Shown: positions 9,836 through 18,601 of the stretch, piece by piece
How the letters are laid out: every line of letters starts with the position of its first letter
Numbering within the stretch: position 1 is the stretch's first letter
Assembly: GCA_038825875.1 (NCBI GenBank)
Contig: JAWBOS010000002.1
Location: 12,607 to 76,606, forward strand
Length of the DNA: 64,000 bases
From: Candidatus Woesearchaeota archaeon
GTDB lineage: Archaea; Nanobdellota; Nanobdellia; Woesearchaeales; JAWBMQ01
Direction: 5' to 3'
The notes under the pieces: generated by a model
Seen by the model: the letters and a program-made list of their open reading frames with translations, nothing else
The model's database searches: none
What the model was told of the DNA's origin: nothing
Position numbers and translations under genes: made by a program

Positions 9836-9873
9836 AGTAGATAAAGAATATAGGTTATCTTTATAAAATTTTT

Positions 9874-10143
9874 TTAGTAAATCTTGAAGTCATAAAAATC
9901 CTGTTCTTGTATTTCTTCATACTTTACATCTCTTACTTTTGAAAAAGGCGAACCTTCATATAACTTTAGTATAAATTGGGTAAGCATAGATTCATCAAGA
10001 TTCACAACTACCTCTACTCGGCCGTCTGGTAAATTTTTTACGTATCCTGTTAAGTTATATTTTTCTGCTATCTTCTTAACGAAACTCCTATAGTTCACTC
10101 CCTGAACGTGCCCTGAAACATAAAACCGATAAGTTTTTTTCAT
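9874..10143 (-). CDS. acyP: Acylphosphatase.
   Basis: The protein is 89 aa. Its [38 protein letters not shown] sequence matches the acylphosphatase signatures. Confidence 0.7.
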   Translation of the reverse strand: MKKTYRFYVSGHVQGVNYRSFVKKIAEKYNLTGYVKNLPDGRVEVVVNLDESMLTQFILKLYEGSPFSKVRDVKYEEIQEQDFYDFKIY

Positions 10144-10155
10144 ATTAGCAATGTT

Positions 10156-10488
10156 TTATCTCCAATATTCAGGAATCTCCTTAAAGGAAATCAAATAAAA
10201 ATCATTTTCTTTTTTTATTTGGACTCCTCTGGACTCAAGAAATTTAAATTCAAATTCAGATAAATTCTTACAGAGATAGTATCTAAATTCCTCTTCATCA
10301 TAAAAAGGATAGCACTTGTAATTTATAGTATAAATGGCTCTTTGCTTTACTATGTTACCTGTTAAGAGATGCAAAGAAGTTCCCAAAATTACTGTAGAGG
10401 ATTGAAAAAATAAAGAAAAAAACAAGCCAAATATGAAGCCAAGAATCACATACTGCCCCAAAAAAATGTTTAGTTTTTTTCTCATCAA
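10156..10488 (-). CDS. Hypothetical small membrane protein.
   Basis: The ORF has one N-terminal TM segment and no motif. The overlapping 10355-10618 ORF was rejected. Confidence 0.25.
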   Translation of the reverse strand: MMRKKLNIFLGQYVILGFIFGLFFSLFFQSSTVILGTSLHLLTGNIVKQRAIYTINYKCYPFYDEEEFRYYLCKNLSEFEFKFLESRGVQIKKENDFYLISFKEIPEYWR

Positions 10489-10609
10489 AATAATAAAAAA
10501 GATATTTCTTATATAAAAGTTTTCTTAAAAAAATCAAGAAGAAACAGTCAAAGAGCACAAAGCTTTGAAAAATTTTATAAATAGCTAGTATATCAAAGAT
10601 TTGGAATAC

Positions 10610-10630
10610 TAAAAACATAAATTAAAAGTT
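10610..10630 (+). promoter_or_regulatory. Putative TATA-like box upstream of tRNA-Leu.
   Basis: The AT-rich sequence cataaattaaaag lies about 15-25 nt upstream of the tRNA 5' end. Confidence 0.25.
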
Positions 10631-10637
10631 TAACATT

Positions 10638-10722
10638 GCGGGGGTCGCCAAGGCTGGTCAAAGGCGCAGGACTTAAGATCCTGTCCCTTAGTGGGTTCGA
10701 GGGTTCAAATCCCTTCCCCCGC
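10638..10722 (+). tRNA. tRNA-Leu (anticodon UAA), class II with a long variable arm.
   Basis: The acceptor stem GCGGGGG/CCCCCGC and the anticodon stem-loop cagga-cuUAAga-uccug are both present. The variable arm is long, and the T-arm is GAGGG-TTCAAAT-CCCTT. Confidence 0.85.
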
Positions 10723-10734
10723 ATCATATTAATT

Positions 10735-11586
10735 ATGAAAATAGACATACTATCTTCAGATTCATTTTCTGTAAGAAGCATGGCTACTTTAGTTAAAACT
10801 AAAGAATTCTCTATACTAATAGATCCAGGAATTGCTTTGGGAATTGGAAGATATGGACTTGATCCTACTCCTTTAGAAATAAAGGCTTTTGAAAATGGAA
10901 GATTAAAAATTATAAAAGCTGCAAAAGAAGTTGAAAATTTTGCTATAACTCATTTTCATTTTGATCATATGCCTTTTTTTAACGATGCTGAATTCTACAA
11001 GATATTCCAAAACAAAAGAGTTTTTATCAAAAATTTTGAGAAGAATATAAATTTCTCTCAAAAGAAAAGAGGTTATGTGTGCAATAAGATACTTTCAAAC
11101 CTTACAAAGGAAATTATCATGGCTGATTCAAAAAGATTTGATAATTTGGAATTTTCAAAACCTGTGTGGCATGGAAATAAGAATTCTAAATTAGGCTATG
11201 TATTGATGACTGCAATTTATGATCAAAAAACCTTTGTGCATGGATCTGACATACAAATGCTAAATGAAGATGCTTTACAAGAACTAGTAAGATTTGATCC
11301 TGACATCGTTTTTATGTCTGGTCCTCCTACTTATCTTAAAAAAATAGATTTTTCCTTCTGTGAGAAATTTATGAACGAATTAGTTAACAAAACAAGAGTA
11401 AAAACTGCTATTATTGACCACCATTTACTAAGAGATATGAATTATCAAGAATTCTTTGAGAAGTTTAAAAATATTGGAGTTAAAATTCTCACTGCTGCAG
11501 AATTTATGGGAAAAGAGAATCTACTTCTAGAAGCAAGGAGAAAGGATTTTTTTCAGAAAAATCAATCTAAAGATTTTAAAAATTAG
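10735..11586 (+). CDS. Metallo-beta-lactamase-fold hydrolase. The start was trimmed to the ATG downstream of the tRNA.
   Basis: The H-x-H-x-D-H motif is present as THFHFDHM. The track ORF start at 10636 overlaps tRNA-Leu and so is unlikely. Confidence 0.5.
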   Translation: MKIDILSSDSFSVRSMATLVKTKEFSILIDPGIALGIGRYGLDPTPLEIKAFENGRLKIIKAAKEVENFAITHFHFDHMPFFNDAEFYKIFQNKRVFIKNFEKNINFSQKKRGYVCNKILSNLTKEIIMADSKRFDNLEFSKPVWHGNKNSKLGYVLMTAIYDQKTFVHGSDIQMLNEDALQELVRFDPDIVFMSGPPTYLKKIDFSFCEKFMNELVNKTRVKTAIIDHHLLRDMNYQEFFEKFKNIGVKILTAAEFMGKENLLLEARRKDFFQKNQSKDFKN

Positions 11587-11619
11587 GAATAAAATTTAAC
11601 TAGGAATAAGAAATGCATT

Positions 11620-12021
11620 TTATTTTGTCTCAATGAATGAAATTAAAATCTTTCTCTTTCTTGGACCATCAAATTCGCATAGAAAAATATTTTGCCAAGT
11701 TCCTAGTTTTAGAGCAAAATCTTCATAAGGGATCAATAGATACTTTTCTAATAAAGTTGATTTTATATGTGCTGCCCCATTATTATCAATAACATCATGC
11801 CTCCAAACTCCTTCTTTGACTAAAGAATTGAAAAAATTTACTATATCTTTTGTTATGTTTGGATCTGTGCCTTCATTTATAGTCAAGCTACAAGTAGTGT
11901 GAGGAACAAACAAAAATACAATACCTTTAGAAAAGGGTGCTGTTTTGATAGCTTTCTCAACTTCCTTTGTAATGTTTAAAAGTTGATTCCTTTCAGTTGT
12001 CTCAAAAATAATCTCTTTCAT
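11620..12021 (-). CDS. YjbQ/UPF0047 family protein (secondary thiamine-phosphate synthase-like).
   Basis: The sequences GIVFLFVPHTTCSLTINEGTDPNITKD and NNGAAHIKSTLL are typical of UPF0047. Confidence 0.7.
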   Translation of the reverse strand: MKEIIFETTERNQLLNITKEVEKAIKTAPFSKGIVFLFVPHTTCSLTINEGTDPNITKDIVNFFNSLVKEGVWRHDVIDNNGAAHIKSTLLEKYLLIPYEDFALKLGTWQNIFLCEFDGPRKRKILISFIETK

Positions 12022-12233
12022 ATTTTCCTCCTTAACACTAACTCAGCAAATTTTTCAAAAGATCTATCATATGTTTTTTCTACATCTTCTGGAAAACAAC
12101 AAGCTGGTAATTGACGATGTTTTAAATGATATGCAAGACATTCACAACAAATACCTTTTCTAGAACAAGGAGAGTATGTACATTTACATCTTTGTAAATT
12201 GATCTGATTTTTGCATTCCATAGGGATTGGCAA
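12018..12233 (-). CDS. Small cysteine-rich protein with about 11 Cys in 71 aa.
   Basis: The sequence CKNQINLQRCKCTYSPCSRKGICCECLAYHLKHRQLPACCF is cysteine-dense. The ORF overlaps the yjbQ-like start by 4 nt, which suggests translational coupling. Confidence 0.4.
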   Translation of the reverse strand: MPIPMECKNQINLQRCKCTYSPCSRKGICCECLAYHLKHRQLPACCFPEDVEKTYDRSFEKFAELVLRRKI

Positions 12234-12346
12234 TTACAAATAAATTTAAATTTTTTGGTTTGTCAAACCTTAAAGTTAAAAATATCAAAAAAATTTATTA
12301 ATTCTAAAAAAGTAATTAACATAACAAATCTTTATTAAACCCAAAA

Positions 12347-13615
12347 ATGAAGAAGAATGCAATTTCCGTTGTTGTTGCAGTGGTTTGCTTTTTATTTATC
12401 TTACTTATGGTTGGTCTAATCTTTGTAAATGTGATTCTAAGAAACAAATTCCTGAAAACGCAAATAACAATAAAAGAACTAGAAAAAAATTATACCTCTA
12501 TAAAGGAAGATCTTTTAAGAATAACAAATGAACTAACTCAATGCAGTATTGAAAAAAGACACTTTGAAAACCTATACAAAGAATATCAAAGAAATCTAAG
12601 CAGTCTAAAACAAACATACGATGATCTTTATCAAGAGTACACATTTTTAAAGAATAAAAGCACATATCTTGAAACTGAAATCTCCAGTTTGAAAAAATCC
12701 CTTTATGAAATTAAAAAAGATGTCCAAGAGGGAGTAACTCTCATAGACGAATATTTTGAAGAAATCAAAAAAAGTATTGAATGGTACAATCAAAATGCAG
12801 ATCTCTCTTCTGCAAATATTCAAAATAAAAAAGCAAAAGAAAAAGTTGAAGAAATAAAACAAAAGATAAATCAAAGATGCGTAAGAGTAAGTAATGAATG
12901 CAGAATTAAATTAGGTTGTTTTTGGTTAATAAACACAGAATACTTCAATTTAAAATATCTCTCTGAAAATGAAACAGACAAACTATTATCACTAGAAGAA
13001 TTCATTCTAAATGGTGGAGGCGATTGTGAAGATTTTGCTCTGATTTTTAAAGCTCAGTATAACTATGCTAAAACACTTTGTCAAGGAAAGAAAATCATTT
13101 CTGAAACTTATGAAATAGATCCTGAAAAATATTCTAAAAATGAGATTTATTGGCTAGATTTTCCTAAGAAATGGTACATGGAAAGATCTGTGCAAAAAGA
13201 TCTAACTGAGGATAAGATGATCATTGTATGTGGTAGAATGTATGATTTAAATAGTGAAGAATTTGTAGGACACTGTGTGGTTGCTTTAACAGAAAAAGAA
13301 ATTCAAGAAATCAGTGACATAGAATACCTATTTCAAAAACCAATGGTAGAGCCTCAGACTGGTTCTTTTTATGGAATTTTGGGAAAGGATGTGAAAATTC
13401 CATCATATCAACTTATCTCCCCTATTGATAGTTATATTACTACTGTGATTACTGATTCAGATTTCTTTGTTTACAGTGAGTTGCTTAATAGATGGCTTTC
13501 TCTAAAATACTTTCAAGATTTTTTAAATAATAAGAGAAAAAAAATGATTGATCTTTGGTTAGAAGGAGACAAGATTGAGACATTCTTAGGTAGTTTACAG
13601 AAAACAGGCAATTAA
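12347..13615 (+). CDS. Membrane-anchored coiled-coil protein with a transglutaminase-like cysteine protease core.
   Basis: It has an N-terminal TM and about 150 aa of heptad-rich sequence. GGGDCEDFALIF (Cys) and EFVGHCVVAL (His) suggest a transglutaminase-like fold. Confidence 0.45.
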   Translation: MKKNAISVVVAVVCFLFILLMVGLIFVNVILRNKFLKTQITIKELEKNYTSIKEDLLRITNELTQCSIEKRHFENLYKEYQRNLSSLKQTYDDLYQEYTFLKNKSTYLETEISSLKKSLYEIKKDVQEGVTLIDEYFEEIKKSIEWYNQNADLSSANIQNKKAKEKVEEIKQKINQRCVRVSNECRIKLGCFWLINTEYFNLKYLSENETDKLLSLEEFILNGGGDCEDFALIFKAQYNYAKTLCQGKKIISETYEIDPEKYSKNEIYWLDFPKKWYMERSVQKDLTEDKMIIVCGRMYDLNSEEFVGHCVVALTEKEIQEISDIEYLFQKPMVEPQTGSFYGILGKDVKIPSYQLISPIDSYITTVITDSDFFVYSELLNRWLSLKYFQDFLNNKRKKMIDLWLEGDKIETFLGSLQKTGN

Positions 13616-13751
13616 TTACAGAAATAAAGTAAACAATCTTGGAGAAAAACTGAAAAAACAATATATTTAAAAATAGATCAATTTTCCTTGTTGTAGGTTT
13701 AATTTAAAACTTAACCCGCGAGCCATTAGGCGCTAATAGTGGGTGATCTTT

Positions 13752-14123
13752 ATGAACCAAAGAAAATATACAAAAGTAAAATCCAATCCTGTAAAACAGG
13801 AATTAATAAACAAATTAAAAGATCTATATCTTAAAACTCAGAAAGGTTTTTGGAAAAGAATTATGGAAGAACTGCAAAAGCCTACAAGAAATGAGAGAAT
13901 AGTAAATGTATCTAAGTTAGATAAAATCTGTAAAGAAGATGAAAAAGTAATTGTACCTGGAAAAGTTTTGGGAGGAGGACTGTTAAATAAGAATTTAACT
14001 GTGGTTGCTTTTTCATTCTCAAAGTCTGCAAAATTAAAAATTGAAGAAAAGAAGGGAAAAGCAATAACTCTGAAGGAATTTTTAAATAAAAACCCAACTA
14101 CGGATTACAGAATTATCGGATGA
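13752..14123 (+). CDS. rpl18e: 50S ribosomal protein L18e.
   Basis: The sequences VNVSKLDKICKEDEKVIVPGKVLGGGLLNKNLTVVAFSFSKSA match L18e. The gene order L18e-L13-S9-RpoN is canonical. Confidence 0.8.
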   Translation: MNQRKYTKVKSNPVKQELINKLKDLYLKTQKGFWKRIMEELQKPTRNERIVNVSKLDKICKEDEKVIVPGKVLGGGLLNKNLTVVAFSFSKSAKLKIEEKKGKAITLKEFLNKNPTTDYRIIG

Positions 14124-14124
14124 G

Positions 14125-14550
14125 GTGAGATATATGATCATTATTAATGGTGAAAACAAAATCCTTGGAAGACTGTGTAGCTTTGTTGCTAAACAACTTC
14201 TTCTTGGAGAAAATGTAGTTATTGTAAACTGCGAAAAAATCCTAGTTAAGAAAAAACCAAAAATTGCATTTGAGAAATACCTAAATATGATCCATAGAGG
14301 TGATCCATATAAAGGACCCTTTGTCTCAAGAAGACCTGATTTTTTGGTTAAAAGAACAATAAGAGGAATGTTACCTTGGAAAACAAATAGAGGTCGAGAG
14401 GCATTTAAGAGATTAAAGTGCTATATATCAGTTCCTGAAGAATTTAAGAATACTCATTTTACTGAAATAAATAATGCTAAATATGATAGAAATTACACTG
14501 CAATCTCATTAAAGGAAATCTGCAAAAGAATAGGCTATAGAGGTGAATAG
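14125..14550 (+). CDS. rpl13: 50S ribosomal protein L13.
   Basis: The N-terminus IIINGENKILGRLCSFVAKQLLLGENVVIVNCEKI is typical of L13. Confidence 0.85.
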   Translation: MRYMIIINGENKILGRLCSFVAKQLLLGENVVIVNCEKILVKKKPKIAFEKYLNMIHRGDPYKGPFVSRRPDFLVKRTIRGMLPWKTNRGREAFKRLKCYISVPEEFKNTHFTEINNAKYDRNYTAISLKEICKRIGYRGE

Positions 14551-14551
14551 A

Positions 14552-14956
14552 ATGATTTATGTTGGTAAAAGAAAGACTTCAATAGCAAGAGCTGTTATAA
14601 AAGAAGGTTCTGGAAAAGTTTACATAAATAATGTTCCTCTAGAACAATTTGGAAATCCTTATGTGGTAGAATTGCTCAAAGAGCCATTGTTGCTATCTGG
14701 AGATTTAGCAAAAAAGGTAGATATATACGTAAATGTACATGGCGGCGGGATCTCTTCAAAAGCACAGGCTGCAAGAACTGCAATTGGCAAAGCATTGATA
14801 GGATATTTCAAAGACAATCAACTAAAAAAGAAATTTAGTGAATATGATAAGCATTTACTTGTATCTGATGTAAGATTCAGAGAACCAAGAAAGCCATGGG
14901 GAGCAAGTAAGGCAAGAGCAAAGAGACAGAAAAGCTATGGAAAGGGTTCAGGATAA
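14552..14956 (+). CDS. rps9: 30S ribosomal protein S9.
   Basis: The sequences GKRKTSIARAVIKEGSGKVYINN and a C-terminal basic tail identify S9. The ATG at 14552 is preferred over the GTG at 14543. Confidence 0.85.
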   Translation: MIYVGKRKTSIARAVIKEGSGKVYINNVPLEQFGNPYVVELLKEPLLLSGDLAKKVDIYVNVHGGGISSKAQAARTAIGKALIGYFKDNQLKKKFSEYDKHLLVSDVRFREPRKPWGASKARAKRQKSYGKGSG

Positions 14957-14992
14957 GATAACTTTATTTTTGTTATCTTAGGAGGGAAAAAC

Positions 14993-15190
14993 ATGATGTT
15001 TCCAATTCGATGTTACAGTTGTGGAAAACCAATCAATCACTTGTGGAGAATTTATCAAGAAGAAACAGCAAAGGGAAGAAGCCCAAAAAATGTTTTAGAT
15101 GAATTGGGCATAGATAGATATTGTTGTAGAAAGATCTTTTTAACTCATGTTGATCTAATTGACATAATTAACAAGTATAGAAGATTTTAA
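14993..15190 (+). CDS. rpoN: DNA-directed RNA polymerase subunit N (Rpb10).
   Basis: The motifs PIRCYSCGKPI and RYCCRKIFLTHVDLID identify RpoN. A GGAGGG Shine-Dalgarno-like sequence lies upstream. Confidence 0.85.
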   Translation: MMFPIRCYSCGKPINHLWRIYQEETAKGRSPKNVLDELGIDRYCCRKIFLTHVDLIDIINKYRRF

Positions 15191-15200
15191 ATAACATTAA

Positions 15201-15791
15201 GTGTGTATCTTAGAAATGAAAATTATTAGAAAAATAATTCACATATTGTTTGGATGCTTTTTTTCTATTCTTTTTTACTTAAATCTTATCTCATCAATTC
15301 ATGTATTTTACCTTCTGATTCTCTCATCAATCATAAGTTTTATTCATAAGTACAAGCCATTGCCTATTCTTCGAGAACTACTTAATGTTCTTCAAAAACC
15401 CAATGAGAATAAATTTCCTGGTAAGGGTTTTATCATGTTTTTAATAGGAATCTTACTTGCTACTCGACTATTCCCAAAAGATATTGCATTGGCAAGTATT
15501 ATGATCCTAACCTTTGGAGATTCTCTCTCAGAAATTTTTTCAGCGATTTGTCCTTATCCTAAATTCTCACTAAAAAAAGGAAAATCCTTGTTCGGTTTTT
15601 TAATATCATTTCTTGCTTCTTTACTAACAGCATCATTTTTTGTTAGTCCTTTTCTTGCATTCTTTGGAGTAATTTCAGCTATAATCCTAGAACTTTTTGA
15701 GATTAAGATTGAAGATCAAATCCTAGATGATAACATCATGATTCCCTTGGTTTCTGGAACAATAATGTTTTTTATCAGATACAACCTATAA
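15201..15791 (+). CDS. Polytopic membrane protein, possibly in the CTP-dependent polyprenol/dolichol kinase or CarS-like family.
   Basis: It has 5-6 predicted TM helices and an FGDSLSE motif. The assignment is weak. Confidence 0.25.
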   Translation: MCILEMKIIRKIIHILFGCFFSILFYLNLISSIHVFYLLILSSIISFIHKYKPLPILRELLNVLQKPNENKFPGKGFIMFLIGILLATRLFPKDIALASIMILTFGDSLSEIFSAICPYPKFSLKKGKSLFGFLISFLASLLTASFFVSPFLAFFGVISAIILELFEIKIEDQILDDNIMIPLVSGTIMFFIRYNL

Positions 15792-15952
15792 TCTATTCTA
15801 TTTAAATTCAAATCTATTTATACATCTCTAAGTTAAGTGCATTCTAAGAATCTCTTCACATAATTCAAAAAATCTTAATAATTACAACAATAGCAATTAT
15901 TCAAAATCGTTTAAGATTAAATTTATTAATAATTAACTCTTTCACAAAAAAA

Positions 15953-16984
15953 ATGCTAACAATCATTGAGAATGCTAAATATTCAAAAAAACCCGCAATT
16001 GTTTACTTATGCAAATCAAAATATACAAAAAGTGAAGATCTTATTTCTGAACTCTCTAAGGAACTTAAAATAGATGAGAAAAAAGTGCATTTACTGACAA
16101 GATTTCAAGGAAAATTTGAAAAAGTTCAACATTTGATAATAAAAGATTCTCAACAATTCCCAAAAAAAATCAGAATTCCTTATGCATATTTGAATTTACT
16201 TAATCATCAATATCCTGAAGAAATCATAAGCTTCAAGGGAATTATAAATTTACCAATGTCTTTAACTGAAACAGAGAAAAATGCACTAAATTATGCGATA
16301 AATTATTTTGTTGATGAATATAAAGATAGATATGTTTCATCAGCAGTATTATTTAAATTCGATTCCTCAATAGAAAAATTTGTTGAAGGAATTTTTAGAT
16401 GTGTAGTAAGGGATTTTTACAAAAAAGGTAAATCAAAAGATTTACTAATAAAGAGTATTGTACAAAAAGATACATCCAAATTAGATGTGATAAAAAAGGA
16501 TTTTTTTAGAAAAGCTGCTACTGCCTTAATTGAAAATGATCCTATAAAAGCAATACATCATCTCCCAAAAGATCTTGTAAGAAAATATGTAAGTTTTTAT
16601 TTCAAAAAAATATGGAATCGAGAAGTAAGTAATGTTTTAAAAAAAGTAGTTCCACAAGAATTCTTATTGGAAAATGTTCTAGTATTGTTCTTAAAGACGT
16701 ATGTGCCTTTCATACATTCAGAAGACTATGTAACCATAGATCTTAGAAGCAACAACAATCTCTTTGATTCCGAATTAGAAAAAAGCCGAGAAAAGTATAA
16801 GGATTTCTTAAATCTATTTTCACAATACTTTGATAATTTTCAGAGAAAAATATTACTTAGATATATCTCTCTCAAGGTTGAAGAAAACAAAATCTTCTAT
16901 GAAACAAAAACAGAAGATAACTTTATGGTTGCAAAATCACTGCTTTTGATAAAAGAAAAAGAAGAAAAAGATGAACAGTTATAG
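15953..16984 (+). CDS. Hypothetical protein of 343 aa.
   Basis: It is a long ORF with K/E/D-rich soluble sequence and no recognisable motif. Confidence 0.3.
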   Translation: MLTIIENAKYSKKPAIVYLCKSKYTKSEDLISELSKELKIDEKKVHLLTRFQGKFEKVQHLIIKDSQQFPKKIRIPYAYLNLLNHQYPEEIISFKGIINLPMSLTETEKNALNYAINYFVDEYKDRYVSSAVLFKFDSSIEKFVEGIFRCVVRDFYKKGKSKDLLIKSIVQKDTSKLDVIKKDFFRKAATALIENDPIKAIHHLPKDLVRKYVSFYFKKIWNREVSNVLKKVVPQEFLLENVLVLFLKTYVPFIHSEDYVTIDLRSNNNLFDSELEKSREKYKDFLNLFSQYFDNFQRKILLRYISLKVEENKIFYETKTEDNFMVAKSLLLIKEKEEKDEQL

Positions 16985-17000
16985 TAAAATACAACAATAT

Positions 17001-17040
17001 TTATAAATAAAAGAAACCTCCATTTATAAATAAATCTGGA
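17001..17040 (+). promoter_or_regulatory. Tandem TATA/BRE-like elements.
   Basis: The motif atttataaataaa is directly repeated twice (17001-17013 and 17023-17035), separated by agaaacctcc. Confidence 0.3.
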
Positions 17041-17044
17041 ATTT

Positions 17045-17242
17045 TTGAGGGGGATTAAAACGGTTGAGGGTTGGATAAAAATAAAGAAACACAAGATTGT
17101 TAAGAGATGCATTATCTGCAACCAGAAAATAGAAAACGCTCATCAAAACAAACTCTACTGTGATAGTTGCCTAGCAAAATTGAAGGGAACCACTAAAGTT
17201 GTTGAAAAGAAAATCGTTAAAAAAGCTAAAGTAATTGCATAA
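17045..17242 (+). CDS. Small zinc-ribbon protein with an uncertain start.
   Basis: It has the cysteine pairs CIICN and CDSC. The ORF has no internal ATG, and the track start is a TTG. Confidence 0.2.
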   Translation: MRGIKTVEGWIKIKKHKIVKRCIICNQKIENAHQNKLYCDSCLAKLKGTTKVVEKKIVKKAKVIA

Positions 17243-17418
17243 CTTTTCTTTTTGTTTTTTGGGCATTTTACAATTTCTCTAATTAGAGTAAGAATTACTG
17301 CAAAATTTTGATAGATCTGTGGGTAGAATAAAACAATTTATAAATGAAATACTACTCCCATGAATTAGATGTGGAGATGCTCCCTACAAAAGGGGCTTCC
17401 GAATAAAATGGTGAAACC

Positions 17419-17991
17419 ATGGGCGTTTACAAGTATATTGCACAACTCTGGAAAAGACCAAAAAAGAACCTAAAAGAATTGTATATGAAAAGATTAACTG
17501 AATGGTCAAAAGAAAATTCTATTGTGAGAATAGAAAGACCTACAAGACTAGATAGAGCAAGAGCACTTGGTTGGAAACCAAAACCAGGAGTAATTCTCGT
17601 AAGAGTAAGAGTAGAAAAAAAGAGAAGAATGCGTGAACACAGAAGCGGTGGAAGAAGACCAAAAGCATACAGATGGTATGAAGTAATCGAGTTAAACCAT
17701 CAGGTAATCGCTGAACAAAGAGCAGCTAGAAAATACAAAAATTGTGAGGTTGTAAATAGCTATTGGGTTGGTGAAAATGGTATGTACAAATGGTATGAAG
17801 TAATTTTAGTAGATAGAACAAACCCTGCGGTTTTAGCTGATAAACAGCTATCACAAATAGCAAAACAAAGAGGACGAGTCTTTAGAGGATTAACAAGTGC
17901 AGGAAGAAAAGCAAGGGGTCTTAGAAGAAAGGGAAAAGGAGCAGAAAAGATAAGACCTAGTGCGAATGCCAATAAAGGATTAAATCATTAA
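17419..17991 (+). CDS. rpl15e: 50S ribosomal protein L15e.
   Basis: The N-terminus MGVYKYIAQLWKRPKK, the LNSYWVGENGMYKWYEVILVD segment and GLTSAGRKARGL are highly conserved L15e. Confidence 0.9.
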   Translation: MGVYKYIAQLWKRPKKNLKELYMKRLTEWSKENSIVRIERPTRLDRARALGWKPKPGVILVRVRVEKKRRMREHRSGGRRPKAYRWYEVIELNHQVIAEQRAARKYKNCEVVNSYWVGENGMYKWYEVILVDRTNPAVLADKQLSQIAKQRGRVFRGLTSAGRKARGLRRKGKGAEKIRPSANANKGLNH

Positions 17992-18035
17992 ACCTTAGAA
18001 AGATTTTTAAAGAAAACAAAAATCCATAATCTACC

Positions 18036-18293
18036 ATGCAACCTCATCATTTTAAATCAAGATCTTTAAGAAAAGTAAGTAAACGAACCCCTGGCGGAAG
18101 GACAACAACACACTTTGAAAAGAAAAAACCAAAAGTAGCAAGATGTGCTATTTGTAAGAAACCTTTATCAGGCATTCCTAGAAACGTAAAAAAATTATCT
18201 AAATCAGAAAAAACTGTAGAAAGAAAATATGGTGGAAATCTCTGTTCGAAATGCAGTAGAAGAAAAATAATAACTGAAGCTAGAGGTGAATGA
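18036..18293 (+). CDS. rpl34e: 50S ribosomal protein L34e.
   Basis: The sequences KRTPGGRTTTHFEKKKPKVARCAICKKPLSGIPR and NLCSKCSRR form the L34e zinc-ribbon signature. Confidence 0.8.
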   Translation: MQPHHFKSRSLRKVSKRTPGGRTTTHFEKKKPKVARCAICKKPLSGIPRNVKKLSKSEKTVERKYGGNLCSKCSRRKIITEARGE

Positions 18294-18540
18294 AATGATG
18301 GACATTGGAAGGGTGTGCGTTAAAATAGCAGGAAGAGATTCAGGAAAAATTTGTGTAATAACTCAGAAAATAGATGACAATTTCGTAATTGTAGATGGCT
18401 TTACAAGAAATAAAAAAGTGAACATTGAACATCTTGAACCATTACCTCAAGTAATAAAAAATGTTGAAAAATTGTCAAAAGAGCAGATTCTAAAAGAACT
18501 CGAAAAGATAATGAAATCAAAAACAAGTTCTGAAAAATAA
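18286..18540 (+). CDS. rpl14e: 50S ribosomal protein L14e (KOW).
   Basis: The motif IGRVCVKIAGRDSGKICVITQKIDDNFVIVDG identifies L14e. Confidence 0.75.
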   Translation: MNEMMDIGRVCVKIAGRDSGKICVITQKIDDNFVIVDGFTRNKKVNIEHLEPLPQVIKNVEKLSKEQILKELEKIMKSKTSSEK

Positions 18541-18601
18541 ACCAAAATTTTTACTCTTCTTGTATTGGGAAAAAATTTAAAAAAGAAAAAGTTTAATAGA
18601 G

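Noticed and set aside
10355-10618. A minus-strand ORF of 87 aa overlaps the 10156-10488 ORF.
   Set aside because: It is in an alternative frame of the same AT-rich region and has no motif. Only one call was kept, at low confidence.
13690-13745. A GC-enriched stretch (cccgcgagccattaggcgctaatagtggg) upstream of rpl18e was considered as a possible tRNA or ncRNA.
   Set aside because: It is too short and lacks acceptor and T-arm pairing. It is more likely a 5' UTR or short hairpin.
17370-17418. A moderately GC-rich 5' leader precedes rpl15e (ggagatgctccctacaaaaggggcttcc) and was considered as a structured regulatory RNA.
   Set aside because: It has only weak and imperfect hairpin potential, so it is not enough to call.
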